A DNA stretch of 64,000 nucleotides from Candidatus Anstonellaceae archaeon. GTDB taxonomy: Archaea > Micrarchaeota > Micrarchaeia > Anstonellales > Anstonellaceae. Under the pieces are notes generated by a model. It did not search any database. It saw only the letters and a list, made by a program, of their open reading frames with translations, and was not told the origin of the DNA. Location: contig JAWAEU010000001.1 of NCBI GenBank assembly GCA_038891055.1, forward strand, positions 1,475-65,474. Reading direction: 5' to 3'. A program made the position numbers and the translations under genes. This document shows positions 1-10,468 of the stretch, piece by piece (position 1 is the first letter of the stretch; every line of letters begins with the position of its first letter).

Positions 1-1414
1 TTGCTAGTATTTCTTCAGGTGCTCCTTTAAAATATGCTATAATATTTTTATTTGATTTTCTTATAAAACACGAGTAGCGACGCTTAAAATCAAATGGAAA
101 TTCTGCTATTGCTAGGTTTTCTTTAAAAATATTTTTATTTGTTTGAGTTAGCTTAAAATAAAACTCCGCAATCGCTATTTCCAAGGGATCTCCTAAAGTT
201 GGATTTAAAGTTAGATTTTGACCCTCGTTATTAGAATTTTTTAGATAAACAGAATGATTCTTATCTAAAAAAATATTACAAGAGAGTAAAGCATATTTTA
301 TAATAAATATTAATCTTTCTTTTTGCTCTAAATTTTTGAGGTTTAAGTTTAGGCACTCAAAATCTTTAAACCCACTGAACACTCTAACTAATTTTAATTT
401 GTTTAGAGTTAAGGTTCCTGTTTTATCTGCACAAATTACTGAGACTTTTGCTATAGTTGAGAGTGCAGAAAGTTTTCTCACAATTGCATTTTCTTTTGCC
501 AATCTTCTTACCCCATAAGCCAGTGTAATAGCTAAAACGGTTGGAAGGCCTTCTGGAACAGCAGCTACAAACAATAAAACAGAGGTTATTAAAAGGTCTA
601 TTAATTCTGTTTTTCTGATTATTCCTAAGATAAAAATTAAGCTAACAAAAAAAAGAGAAGATCTAACTAGAAATGAACCGAGCCTCTCTAAATCTTGAGC
701 TAATTGAGAGGACTGCTGTTCTATTGAGGTGAGAGAATTGGCTATTTTTCCAAACTCGCTATATTTACCAGTTGCAATAACTATTGCTTTTGCATCTCCC
801 TTTAGCAAAAAACAACCTGCATAAAGAATATTCGATCTCTCTGCTATATCTATATCTTTTTGGATTATTTGAGTTGAAACTTTTTCTACTGCCTCTGATT
901 CGCCTGTTAGTACAGCTTGATTTACTAATAGGTTATCGCCTTCAATAATTTTACAGTCTGCAGGAATAAGCTCGCCACCTGTAAGTAAGACTATATCTCC
1001 AACCACTATTTCTTCAGCATCAATAATTTGAATTTTTCCATCTCTCAATACTTTAGCTTTTGGCTTTGTGAGACTATAGAGAAATTTTAGTTGTTCTTCT
1101 GCCTTGTACTCTTGAATAAAACCAAAAAACATAGCCAAAATTGCCGCTAGGGTTATTCCAATAGCATCTAAAGAATGCCCGATCAAAAATGCAATTAGAG
1201 CAGCAAGTAACAATATAAAAGTCATTTTATTAAATTGTCTTAAAAATATGAAAAATGCAGAAGGTGTTTTTAGTTCGAAAATTTTGTTTTTATATTTTTC
1301 GCGTTTTTTTACTTCTTCATCACTTAAACCTTTTGGAGAAGAATTTAGTAATTTAAAAAGAGTTTTATTTTCTATAAAGTGAGCTGAGTTTTTTATTTGC
1401 TCTATATCAAACAT
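1..1414 (-). CDS. Cation-transporting P-type ATPase, N-terminal ~470 aa; the C-terminus runs off the window edge
   Basis: Reverse-strand translation gives the TGES actuator motif (…VLTGESEAV…) and the phosphorylation motif ICADKTGTLT. The ATG is at 1414 and there is no stop before position 1. Confidence 0.8.
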   Translation of the reverse strand, partial: MFDIEQIKNSAHFIENKTLFKLLNSSPKGLSDEEVKKREKYKNKIFELKTPSAFFIFLRQFNKMTFILLLAALIAFLIGHSLDAIGITLAAILAMFFGFIQEYKAEEQLKFLYSLTKPKAKVLRDGKIQIIDAEEIVVGDIVLLTGGELIPADCKIIEGDNLLVNQAVLTGESEAVEKVSTQIIQKDIDIAERSNILYAGCFLLKGDAKAIVIATGKYSEFGKIANSLTSIEQQSSQLAQDLERLGSFLVRSSLFFVSLIFILGIIRKTELIDLLITSVLLFVAAVPEGLPTVLAITLAYGVRRLAKENAIVRKLSALSTIAKVSVICADKTGTLTLNKLKLVRVFSGFKDFECLNLNLKNLEQKERLIFIIKYALLSCNIFLDKNHSVYLKNSNNEGQNLTLNPTLGDPLEIAIAEFYFKLTQTNKNIFKENLAIAEFPFDFKRRYSCFIRKSNKNIIAYFKGAPEEILA

Positions 1415-1437
1415 AAAAAGAAATAGGAGGAAGAATT

Positions 1438-2418
1438 TTATAAATTGTTTGGATTGAACTTTTCTGGGTCTAACAAAATTGGAGAAGGCACCCCAGTAAA
1501 TATTACTAAAGCTTCAATAAAATCCTCTCTTGTTTCATCGATTCTAGCTCCCCAACAAACAGATGAGGATTGAGGTAATTTCTCTGTAATTTTTTCACAA
1601 ATTTGCGTAGCATCACCTAATCTAAGTTTAGTGTCACCAGTTAGATGAATTAATGCTCCGCTAGCTTTAGAATAGTCGACATCTAAAAGTGGATTGTTTA
1701 AAACTCTTTCTGGAAGGTCATGAGTTTTTAGAGGTCCAAATTCTGAGGCATAAGAAATCATTCCCAGACCTTTGCCTTTTGTGATAGAGGAGAGATCTGC
1801 AAAATCCAAGTTTATCAAAGAAGGTTCTAATAGGGTGTGTAAAATTCCTTCAACTGCTTTTGCTGCAACATCATCAGCTAATTTAAAAGCTTGGTTTATT
1901 GGGACGTTTTCAGCCCAGTTTACCAATTTATCATTCTCTATTAGAATTAGACTATCAGAATAATCAGACAATTTTGAAACTGCAGTTTGGGCTTTTTTAA
2001 TTCTAGCTCTTTCTAATTTGAAAGGAAAATAACAAAAACTTATTATCAATGCCTCAGTGTTTTCTTTTGCTATTTGCGCAATTATCGGAGAAGCCCCAGA
2101 GCCAGTTCCTCCGCCAACTCCAGTAATTAAAAATATTAGATCTGCATTGCTGAGCTCTTTTTTTATTTCTTTTTCTGATGCAAGTGCAGCTTTTTCTCCA
2201 ATTAGAGGATCTCCTCCTGCCCCAAGCCCCTTTGTGATAGCCTTACCTATTAGTACCTTTTTTGCATTATTAATTAGGTCTAATTGTTTTTTATCAGTAT
2301 TAAAGGCAACAAAAGAAGTCTGCTTAAAATTAACACTCCCTAATCTCAGAATGCTATTACAACCTGCCCCACCTACTCCTGCAATTACAAATTTTAAATT
2401 TCCCTGCTCGTCAACCAT
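1438..2418 (-). CDS. ftsZ: Cell division GTPase FtsZ (tubulin/FtsZ family)
   Basis: Shows IAGVGGAGCN and the tubulin signature GVGGGTGSGASPIIAQIAKE. The track start at 2445 is TTG; the in-frame ATG (MVDEQG…) is at 2418. Confidence 0.8.
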   Translation of the reverse strand: MVDEQGNLKFVIAGVGGAGCNSILRLGSVNFKQTSFVAFNTDKKQLDLINNAKKVLIGKAITKGLGAGGDPLIGEKAALASEKEIKKELSNADLIFLITGVGGGTGSGASPIIAQIAKENTEALIISFCYFPFKLERARIKKAQTAVSKLSDYSDSLILIENDKLVNWAENVPINQAFKLADDVAAKAVEGILHTLLEPSLINLDFADLSSITKGKGLGMISYASEFGPLKTHDLPERVLNNPLLDVDYSKASGALIHLTGDTKLRLGDATQICEKITEKLPQSSSVCWGARIDETREDFIEALVIFTGVPSPILLDPEKFNPNNL

Positions 2419-2580
2419 CACCACACCATTAAATAATAAGAACAAGATTATTTTTATTTTTAACTAAACAACAAAATAAGGAAAAAGATGTACAAAAATC
2501 AAAAAAAGTAGTGGAAAAAACCTCTTACATAAAATTTATTTAAAAGTAATAAATAATAAATTGTATAGGAAAAGCACAGG

Positions 2581-2868
2581 GTGAATAGAATGGTAGAACA
2601 GCAAAGAATTGAAATAGAAGAAAATATTGAAGAGAGTGGCGAGCCTACTGAGAATGTAGAGGGAGTTGAAATTGAAGGAAGTGAAACCACTGGCAGCAGG
2701 CAACCAGAATTTAGAATACTGCAACAAGAATATAACCAAAAAGAAGGGAGAACCACATTAAAAGAAGTGGGAGTTGCATGGAAAAACATTTCTCAAAATG
2801 GCAAGGAATTTTATACTATTAAAATTGGAAATCTTAGGCTTTTGATGTTTAAAAATGAAAGAAAATAA
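2581..2868 (+). CDS. Hypothetical small protein with an acidic N-terminal half and a C-terminal GVAWKN…GKEFYTIKIG motif
   Basis: 95-aa ORF directly upstream of radA with protein-like composition. No homology assignable. Confidence 0.35.
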   Translation: MNRMVEQQRIEIEENIEESGEPTENVEGVEIEGSETTGSRQPEFRILQQEYNQKEGRTTLKEVGVAWKNISQNGKEFYTIKIGNLRLLMFKNERK

Positions 2869-2903
2869 GAAGATAGAAAATCAAGAGAGAAAGGGGGAAT
2901 GCT

Positions 2904-3926
2904 ATGGCTAAAAAAAATGAGGAGGAAATCGAAGAAGAAAAAGAAGGGGAAGAAAAAGTTAACTTTTCTTCTGAAAAAAAATCTAAAATAACAGATTTAG
3001 AGGATTTGCCTGGAATTGGCCCAGTAAGTGCGGAAAAACTAAAAAAAGCAGGCTACACAGATATTGAAAAAATTGCTGCTTCTTCACCTTATGAATTAGA
3101 AGAAATTGCTGAAATTGGAATAGAAACTGCAAAAAAAATAATTGCTGCTGCAAGAGATGCCTTAGAGATGGGCTATGAGACAGCAGATATAATATATCAA
3201 AAAAGAAAAGAGATAAAAAAAATAACTACGGGGTCAAAAAATTTAGATGCACTAATAGGGGGAGGAATTGAAACAATGGCAATTACTGAAGCATATGGAA
3301 AATTCTCTTCTGGGAAATCTCAACTTGGATTTCAGTTGGCAGTAAATGTACAAAAACCAATAGAAGAAGGTGGACTTGGAGAAAACTCAGGAGTACTTTT
3401 CATAGATACTGAGAGTACTTTTAGGCCAGAGAGAATAATGCAAATAGCTCAAGCAAATAAGATGGACCCACAAAAAGTACTAAAAAATATTTATGTTGCA
3501 AAGGCAATAAACTCTGACCATCAGATAATTCTAATTGAGAAAGCAGAGGAGATGATAAAGAAACATAACATAAAATTGATTATTGTAGATTCTCTTACTA
3601 GTCATTTTCGCTCAGATTATGTAGGAAGAGGTTCGTTGGGAGAAAGACAGCAAAAACTAAACAAACATGTTCACTACCTACAAAAACTTGCAGATCAATA
3701 TAATATTGCAGTTTATGTTACAAACCAGGTGATGGATAATCCAGGGATGTTGTTTGGAGATCCAACTACTCCTGTAGGTGGGCATGTATTAGCTCATGCT
3801 GCTACTTATAGGCTCTATTTGAGAAAAAGCAAAGATGAAAAGAGAATAGCAAGATTAATAGATTCTCCATATCTGCCAGAAGGAGAGTGTGTATTTAAAA
3901 TAACTGCTGAAGGAATAAAAGATTAA
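2904..3926 (+). CDS. radA: DNA repair and recombination protein RadA
   Basis: N-terminal HhH region ([20 protein letters not shown]), Walker [10 protein letters not shown] and a RecA-fold core, 340 aa. A GGGGG RBS-like run precedes the ATG. Confidence 0.9.
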   Translation: MAKKNEEEIEEEKEGEEKVNFSSEKKSKITDLEDLPGIGPVSAEKLKKAGYTDIEKIAASSPYELEEIAEIGIETAKKIIAAARDALEMGYETADIIYQKRKEIKKITTGSKNLDALIGGGIETMAITEAYGKFSSGKSQLGFQLAVNVQKPIEEGGLGENSGVLFIDTESTFRPERIMQIAQANKMDPQKVLKNIYVAKAINSDHQIILIEKAEEMIKKHNIKLIIVDSLTSHFRSDYVGRGSLGERQQKLNKHVHYLQKLADQYNIAVYVTNQVMDNPGMLFGDPTTPVGGHVLAHAATYRLYLRKSKDEKRIARLIDSPYLPEGECVFKITAEGIKD

Positions 3927-3985
3927 GTTATAACAAGTAATTAAAAGTGGAAAGATATAAAAATCTTTGCTTCTAAATAATATTT

Positions 3986-5224
3986 ATGTTAGACAGGATT
4001 TCAAGTAGGACTAGCTGGTACTATGAATTACGAAAAGACAAACAACTAGATGTATTTACTAGGATAAAACCAAAAATAGATGAAAAACTAATAAAACAAT
4101 ACGAATATTTTCCAATAAATCTAGCAAAGATAATGTATTTAACAAAAAATGAATTAAGGGCTATAAATTACCTAATAGATTATTGGGAAATAAAGCGAGA
4201 TATAAAAGCATTGAGATTTGCTGCATTATTAACATTCCTCTATTGTGTAAAAACAAAAAAAAGAGAAGAACTAGAGCTTATAAATGAGATAAGAAGAGGG
4301 TTGGAAGAACAACTTCAAATGATAAAGGGGGGCTTTAGAGAAAAAATTTTGTTTTTGATTTATGACTCAGTAAAATATAAAAGAAACATTGTAGATCTTC
4401 AAGAGCAAATAGTGAAGATAAACCCAACAAATATATATGCAAAATATTTAAAAGGAGATATTTACTTTCAGTCTCAATTATTAGAATTAGCCAAAGAGAC
4501 ATTTTTTGAGGCACAAAAAATTTTTGAGAAAAAATACCCTCTTTATTTAAGACATCTTAAAAAAGAAATTATAAAAATGCATTGGACTGCAGATTTAACA
4601 ATAAAAGAAGCTATTGAAATGATTAAAAGTTATACCCAGATCAAAAAAGAACTTGAAAATTGCGGCTTTTGCTTTAGCAAGCCCTATTTCCTAGAAGCTT
4701 TAGATTTAGCAGTAATTTATTTTAAAATTGGAAAATACAAAAAAGCATTGAAACATGCTATTTATGCATATAAGCATAGTAAAAAAGGAAAAAACAAAGA
4801 CTTAGAAGTTCAAAATAATGCCTTTTTAATAATTTTATGGATAATACTCAAGAGCAAATTTCCAAAAAGAAGTTTAGTATATGAAAGATTATATGATATA
4901 ATCTCTGACTATGAAAATATTTTAGAAAAACATGGCAGCACAAATATATTGCTAAACTTTTTTTCTCAGTTGATATTAGCTAAAGCCTCCTGTCTAAAAG
5001 TAAAGGAAAATGAAGAAAAACTTGACGAAAATTCTATTAAAATGCTTAGATTCTATCAAAATGAAATTGAAAACTATATAAATAAGGCATTTGAATACTA
5101 CCCATTCCCACAATTTTTTTATATGGATTTAGAATATACTGTTCATTCTAATTACAAAATTCTTGAAATAATTAAAATACAACAAGATTTGAGTAGTAAA
5201 AATGTATCCTCTGAATTTAGCTAG
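3986..5224 (+). CDS. Hypothetical helical-repeat (TPR-like) protein
   Basis: 412-aa ORF, K/E/L-rich with alpha-helical repeat character. No catalytic motif recognised. Confidence 0.45.
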   Translation: MLDRISSRTSWYYELRKDKQLDVFTRIKPKIDEKLIKQYEYFPINLAKIMYLTKNELRAINYLIDYWEIKRDIKALRFAALLTFLYCVKTKKREELELINEIRRGLEEQLQMIKGGFREKILFLIYDSVKYKRNIVDLQEQIVKINPTNIYAKYLKGDIYFQSQLLELAKETFFEAQKIFEKKYPLYLRHLKKEIIKMHWTADLTIKEAIEMIKSYTQIKKELENCGFCFSKPYFLEALDLAVIYFKIGKYKKALKHAIYAYKHSKKGKNKDLEVQNNAFLIILWIILKSKFPKRSLVYERLYDIISDYENILEKHGSTNILLNFFSQLILAKASCLKVKENEEKLDENSIKMLRFYQNEIENYINKAFEYYPFPQFFYMDLEYTVHSNYKILEIIKIQQDLSSKNVSSEFS

Positions 5225-5624
5225 ACAATTTTTCTAAAAATTCCATTGCTTTTTTTAGGGCTTCTTTTGGATGCGGATAAGTTAAAAGCTTTAGGGCATT
5301 TTCAAATTCCTCCCATCTCCAATCAACATGTTCATCTGATAGTTTAACTGATTTTTGAGTAGTTTTTGCTAAAAATAAGGTTACTTTTTTGTGCCTATTG
5401 TCTGAAAAATCATACTCGTAGCTATAACTAAAACCATCCAAAATTTTTATACTTGAAATAGAAGTTTCTTCTTCTAATTCTCTCAGGGCAGCTTGGAGCT
5501 CATCTTCATTTTGCTCTACATGTCCTCGAGGAAAATCCCAATGCCCTGCCCTATATTTTAAAATTAAAAAATAAAATTTTGAATTTTCTTTTCTAAACAA
5601 AATAAAACCTCTAGATTGCTCCAT
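5217..5624 (-). CDS. Nudix hydrolase
   Basis: Nudix box GHWDFPRGHVEQNEDELQAALRELEEETS (GX5EX7REUXEEXGU). The track start at 5642 is TTG; the ATG (MEQSRG…) is at 5624. Confidence 0.75.
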   Translation of the reverse strand: MEQSRGFILFRKENSKFYFLILKYRAGHWDFPRGHVEQNEDELQAALRELEEETSISSIKILDGFSYSYEYDFSDNRHKKVTLFLAKTTQKSVKLSDEHVDWRWEEFENALKLLTYPHPKEALKKAMEFLEKLSS

Positions 5625-5668
5625 AATAGCTATTTTAGGCAAAAAAAATATAAAATGCTATTTGAAAA

Positions 5669-6130
5669 TTAGTCGTAGAGGCACCTACCAGCTATTGGTC
5701 TTACTCCTACTTGAGAAAGATTAGAAATTTCAGCACTATCATAATAGAGAACAATATTATAGCTAAAATAATCATAGTTTGGGCTGCATTGAGTCAAACC
5801 AGAGATTGAAATAGTCTTTTCTGCCCCTGGGCCAAATGTCCAGCCAGAGCCAAGAGAGGCAGAAAAATTTCCAGCCTTTAGGGATTTTAAAATTAAGCGC
5901 TTAGTATCAGTATTTTTTATTTTTAAATACAGGGTAGAATTTGATTGCACCCACTCTACAATAGCAAATGGCCTTGTGGAACTCCAATAAGTTTTTGATT
6001 CAGATTCCATAGCTGTAGCTGATGAATCTGAAAACCCACTTAAAAGCACAATTCCAATTAAGGAAATGATTAGTACAATTGCTATTAAAATTAAGTATTC
6101 CGCAGCTGCTTGCCCTCTAATATAAATCAC
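5669..6130 (-). CDS. Archaeal type IV pilin-like protein with class III signal peptide (DUF361-like)
   Basis: MIYIRG|QAAAEYLILIAIVLII places a prepilin cleavage motif (R/K-G-Q) before a hydrophobic helix. The C-terminus has two conserved Cys (…TQCSP…GRCLYD). GTG start directly after an in-frame stop. Paralogous to 34772-36285. Confidence 0.6.
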   Translation of the reverse strand: MIYIRGQAAAEYLILIAIVLIISLIGIVLLSGFSDSSATAMESESKTYWSSTRPFAIVEWVQSNSTLYLKIKNTDTKRLILKSLKAGNFSASLGSGWTFGPGAEKTISISGLTQCSPNYDYFSYNIVLYYDSAEISNLSQVGVRPIAGRCLYD

Positions 6131-6193
6131 CTAAAAAGTATTAATAAAAAAAATAAAGAGAAAATTAATAAATTCTTCTGTAAAAATTTAGAT

Positions 6194-7525
6194 ATGGCTC
6201 TTTTTGGTACCTCGGGGATTAGGGACATTTGCCCAAGAAATTTGGACGTTTGGAGTGCTTTTGAATTAGGACAAACAGCTGCCAAATTTTCAAAAAAAAT
6301 AGTGGTTGGATATGATGGCAGGCCAACCGGACAGATGTTATTGGATGCGCTTATAGCTGGAATTACCCAACAAAAGAGCAATTGCTTGAACATAGGAATT
6401 TGTACTACCCCTACTTTGTGTTGGTATACAAAAATAACAAAATCTCTTGGAATTATGATTACTGCCTCCCACAATCCCCTAGAATACAATGGTTTTAAAA
6501 TTTTTCAAAACGGACTTGAAGCCTCAGCTGAGCTTGAAAAGAAAATAGAAAAATCGCTAAAAAATACAAAAAAAAGACCAAAATATTTTGAGGTTGGAGA
6601 AATTAAAATAGAGGATACACAAGCCATCCAGCGACATTTTGAAATATTAAAAAGAAATTTTGATTTTGCAAAAATAAAAAAAGAAAACTTAAAAATATTG
6701 ATAGATTGTGCAAATTTAGCGGCTAGTATAACAAGCGTCTCAATACTTGAGAAATTTGGGATAACATTAATTAAAAAAAATTGCGAAATAGGAAAAAAAC
6801 CTGACAGAAAAATAGAGCCAAATGAGGAGAGCTTAAAAGATTTGACTAAAATCAAAGAAAAATTTGATTTTGCTATAGCTCATGATGGAGATGCTGACAG
6901 GGCAATAATTTTAGACCAAAATGCAAATATGATAGGATTGGATGTCCAACTAGCCATAGCCTCCGAATATTTTTTAAAAAATTTTAGTGAAAAAAAAATA
7001 GTCTCAACTATAGAATCATCTCTAATTTTAAAAGAAGTAGTAAAAAAATACAATGCTCAGCTATATTTAAGTGCTGTTGGAAGTAGGGCAGTTGCACAAT
7101 TGATGAGAAAAACTTCTGCTCCTTTTGGAGGAGAGCCTTGTGGAGAGTACATATTTAAAAACTCTGTTGGATGCCCCGATGGAATTGCTACTGCATTACT
7201 TTTTTGTCAGATATATATAAACGAAGGCAAGCTAAGTAAAATAAAGGAAAAATATAAAGTTTACCCAATAAAAAGAATTAAAATAAAAGTAGAAAAAGAA
7301 GAGAAAAAAATTTTTATGCAAAAAATAGAAAAACTCTGGCCATTTAGCACAAAAATAAAAATAGATGGGCTGAGGGCAGAAGAAGAGTGGGGTTGGATTC
7401 TGGTTAGGCCTTCTGGGACAGAAGATTATATTAGAATTACAATAGAAGCATATAAAGAAAAAGATTTAGAGGAAAACTTGGAGAGAATATTACAAGTGAT
7501 AAGAGATGTTATTAGAAGGAGATAA
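6194..7525 (+). CDS. Phosphohexomutase (phosphoglucosamine/phosphomannomutase family)
   Basis: FGTSGIRD, active-site ITASHNPLEYNGFK and metal-binding DGDADR. The ATG at 6194 (MALFGTSG…) is preferred over the upstream track start. Confidence 0.8.
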   Translation: MALFGTSGIRDICPRNLDVWSAFELGQTAAKFSKKIVVGYDGRPTGQMLLDALIAGITQQKSNCLNIGICTTPTLCWYTKITKSLGIMITASHNPLEYNGFKIFQNGLEASAELEKKIEKSLKNTKKRPKYFEVGEIKIEDTQAIQRHFEILKRNFDFAKIKKENLKILIDCANLAASITSVSILEKFGITLIKKNCEIGKKPDRKIEPNEESLKDLTKIKEKFDFAIAHDGDADRAIILDQNANMIGLDVQLAIASEYFLKNFSEKKIVSTIESSLILKEVVKKYNAQLYLSAVGSRAVAQLMRKTSAPFGGEPCGEYIFKNSVGCPDGIATALLFCQIYINEGKLSKIKEKYKVYPIKRIKIKVEKEEKKIFMQKIEKLWPFSTKIKIDGLRAEEEWGWILVRPSGTEDYIRITIEAYKEKDLEENLERILQVIRDVIRRR

Positions 7526-8252
7526 GGAAAAAAAATTAGAAAAAGGAGAAAAAGAGAGCGATAAAATCTCTCTTACTCCAGGACTTTTAAGTTTTATTAA
7601 ACAAGTTGGATTAAGCCCACAAGAAGCTAAAAGAATACTACGAACAAATTCACAAAGAATAGAAAACCTAGTAGAAGAGCTTGAAAAAAATAAAGGAAAA
7701 ATTATAAAAAACAATAAAAGAGAATTGGGGTTTGTAAATAAAGAGGTGCCAAAAGAAAAAATTGTGGGGTATGTTAAAATTGTAGTTCTTGTAGAAAGTG
7801 TTTTTGGAATTGAAGCAGAATATTTACTTGCGATTGCAACTCAAGAATCTAATCTTAAAAATCCAAAAAATGGGGATGGGTTTTACCAAATAAATCAAAT
7901 AACTATTAAAGAACTAAAAAATAAAAAAAGGTTTGACCAAATAAAAAATAGAATATGTGAAGACAGAAAAGATAACCCCCACTTAAAAGAAATTTTGGAA
8001 AATATATATAGTAAAATTATTATTGGTTTTGAGCCTTCAGCTAACTTTGGAACACAAACTATTTTAGCTATCTTAGTGTTGTACTTAAAACACTTGGAAA
8101 AAAATATACCAATAAGCGATAAAAAAAATTTGGCAAAGGAATACAACGGAAGTAAAAGAAAAGACGAATATGCAGAAGAAGTTATGGAAAGATATTTATA
8201 TTTAAAAAAGATTAGCTTTACAGAAAAAAGAAAAAAAAGTGATGAAAGATGA
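7506..8252 (+). CDS. Lytic transglycosylase (SLT domain, GH23 lysozyme-like) protein
   Basis: AIATQESNL…GDGFYQINQ…EYNGS matches the SLT ES / GLMQ / AYNxG motif triad. No N-terminal signal peptide. Overlaps the upstream gene by 20 nt. Confidence 0.5.
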   Translation: MLLEGDKEKKLEKGEKESDKISLTPGLLSFIKQVGLSPQEAKRILRTNSQRIENLVEELEKNKGKIIKNNKRELGFVNKEVPKEKIVGYVKIVVLVESVFGIEAEYLLAIATQESNLKNPKNGDGFYQINQITIKELKNKKRFDQIKNRICEDRKDNPHLKEILENIYSKIIIGFEPSANFGTQTILAILVLYLKHLEKNIPISDKKNLAKEYNGSKRKDEYAEEVMERYLYLKKISFTEKRKKSDER

Positions 8253-9190
8253 AAAAAATTTTAATAACTGGCTCAAATGGGCAAATTGGCTCTGAACTCA
8301 TAGAAGAACTTGTCAAGCTTTATGGAAAAGAAAATGTTATTGGATTAGACATAACAGAACCAAAAGAAGAAAAATATCAATTTGTAAAATTAGATGCTAC
8401 TGATTTTGAAGGACTAAAAAAAGTGATTGAAAAATATGATGTTGGAGAGATATATCACTTAGTTAGTTTACTCTCTGCAACTGGAGAAAAAAACCCAGAC
8501 CTTGCCTGGCATATTAATATGAGCTCTCTAAAAAATGTATTAGATATTGCAAGAGAGAGAAAAATAAAAGTTTTTTGGCCTTCTTCTATTGCTGCTTTTG
8601 GACCTACCACACCAAAAGAAAATACGCCCCAAAGAACTATATTAGAACCAAATACAATGTATGGAGTTACAAAAGTTGCAGGAGAACTTTTATGCAATTA
8701 TTATTTTTACAAATACCAAGTGGATGTAAGATCAGTTAGATTTCCTGGAATTATTTCTTGGAAAACACCACCTGGAGGTGGCACAACAGATTATGCGGTT
8801 GCTATTTTTTACGAGGCAATACAAAATAAATATTATAAATGCTTTGTTAGAGAGGACACTGTTTTGCCTATGATGTATATGCCAGATGCAATAAGAGCAA
8901 TTATAGAGATTATGAAAGCTGAGAGAGAAAAAATAAAAATTAGAACAAGTTATAATTTGGCTGCAATTTCATTTAAAGCTAAAGATTTAGAATTAGAGTT
9001 AAAAAAATATATTGATTTTGAAATTGAATATTCTCCTGATTATAGGCAACAGATAGCAGATTCCTGGCCAAAAACTATTGATGACAGCCAAGCAAGAAAG
9101 GATTGGGGCTGGAAACACAAATATGATTTGGCTGCTATGACAAAAGACATGTATACAAATTTAACTAAAAAATTAAAATCAAAAAAATAG
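8249..9190 (+). CDS. NAD-dependent epimerase/dehydratase (L-threonine 3-dehydrogenase / UDP-sugar epimerase-like SDR)
   Basis: N-terminal Rossmann motif KILITGSNGQIGSEL and YGVTK (YxxxK), 313 aa. ATGA overlap with the upstream gene. Confidence 0.6.
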   Translation: MKKILITGSNGQIGSELIEELVKLYGKENVIGLDITEPKEEKYQFVKLDATDFEGLKKVIEKYDVGEIYHLVSLLSATGEKNPDLAWHINMSSLKNVLDIARERKIKVFWPSSIAAFGPTTPKENTPQRTILEPNTMYGVTKVAGELLCNYYFYKYQVDVRSVRFPGIISWKTPPGGGTTDYAVAIFYEAIQNKYYKCFVREDTVLPMMYMPDAIRAIIEIMKAEREKIKIRTSYNLAAISFKAKDLELELKKYIDFEIEYSPDYRQQIADSWPKTIDDSQARKDWGWKHKYDLAAMTKDMYTNLTKKLKSKK

Positions 9191-9197
9191 GCAAAAA

Positions 9198-10415
9198 TTA
9201 TAAGTCCTCTAAAGTTTTTTGTTTTTTTGAAAATAATTTAGAAAGAAAAGATTGCTCTTTTTTAGAGTTTTTAGCATTAAAGCAAGATGCTTTTTTGCAA
9301 AGGAAAATAAAAACAAATTTGAATAATGCATAAAAAACTATAGCTGCTGCAACTATAGTTAATAACATATCGATTTGACTAAAAAGATTTGTATTATTTT
9401 CTATCTTTTGAGATAAAGCTGGCTTAGAATCATTTTCCAAAAATTCATTTTGGATTGTTTTGTTATTTATTTCAGAATTATTTTCTTCTAAAGACTTAAA
9501 TATAAACACTGGATTTTCTTCTGAACTATAAATTACAGAAGTATTTGATTGGGTCTTTTTAAATAGTTCAGAATTTTGCTTTATTTTTTCTATTCCCTCT
9601 CTAAATTTTTTATTTTTTATAAAATTTTCGTAGTATTCTTTTAATTTAGAGTAAGAATCAGCCAATACTTCTGAAGAGAAATTTAAATCTCCTGCATAAA
9701 TAATAGAATCTTTTGATTGTATTTTTAGAGAAGAATAGGCAGTAGAATAATGATTTAATTTTTCAAAAAAATTTAAGTAATAATCTAAAATTTCTTGGTC
9801 GGTATAATTATTTAGTCTTTGTCTAAACAATTTTTCTGAATCAATTAAACTTGAAAAAGCCTTTTTTATTTCTGAAAATTCTAACATACCATCTATTATT
9901 TCTGAAGATTTGTACTTATAAGCCTCATAACAAAATAAAGAAGAAAAACAAATTTCTCTACACTCTGAGACAGAGGTGCAATAAGAGTTATTCAAACCTA
10001 ACAAAAAGGAGTACTTTAATTCCTTAAATTTCACATCCTCCAAATACTTATCTATAAGTGGTAGAAGTTTAGCAATAAAATCAGCAGTATTTTCCATAGC
10101 AGTAGGACTAAAAGCAGATCTTTTATATAAGACATTTTCAATTGTTTGATTATCTACTAATGCATCCACTTTAATTGAATTATTATCTATGTTTAAAACT
10201 AATAGTGCAAAGGGCTCAGCATAAGAATAAACCAAAACATATTCTCGCCCATCATAACCAACAAAATGATCCAATCTATCTGAAGAGATGTTATAAGAAT
10301 TCAAAAATTCAAAAGTAGCTTGCTGCTTATCATAAACTGTTATGCCAAAGAAAAATTTAAAACAACACAGAAAATAAACTAAAAACAAAAAAAAATTTTT
10401 ATTATGCCAGTTCAT
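9198..10415 (-). CDS. Hypothetical membrane-anchored protein (N-terminal signal/TM and C-terminal TM)
   Basis: 405-aa ORF with hydrophobic N-terminus (FFLFLVYFLCCFKFFFG), many N-x-S/T sequons and a C-terminal TM (LLTIVAAAIVFYALF). ATG at 10415; the track start is TTG. Confidence 0.5.
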   Translation of the reverse strand: MNWHNKNFFLFLVYFLCCFKFFFGITVYDKQQATFEFLNSYNISSDRLDHFVGYDGREYVLVYSYAEPFALLVLNIDNNSIKVDALVDNQTIENVLYKRSAFSPTAMENTADFIAKLLPLIDKYLEDVKFKELKYSFLLGLNNSYCTSVSECREICFSSLFCYEAYKYKSSEIIDGMLEFSEIKKAFSSLIDSEKLFRQRLNNYTDQEILDYYLNFFEKLNHYSTAYSSLKIQSKDSIIYAGDLNFSSEVLADSYSKLKEYYENFIKNKKFREGIEKIKQNSELFKKTQSNTSVIYSSEENPVFIFKSLEENNSEINNKTIQNEFLENDSKPALSQKIENNTNLFSQIDMLLTIVAAAIVFYALFKFVFIFLCKKASCFNAKNSKKEQSFLSKLFSKKQKTLEDL

Positions 10416-10468
10416 CAAAAATAAATACTCAATAAAATTTTTAAATTATTAACAAGCAACTAAATAAT

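Noticed and set aside
2057-2789. ORFs 2057-2467 (+), 2499-2789 (-) and 2536-2739 (-)
   Set aside because: The first is antisense within ftsZ. The other two are Phe/Leu/Ser-rich shadow frames opposite the 2581-2868 ORF and the upstream intergenic region.
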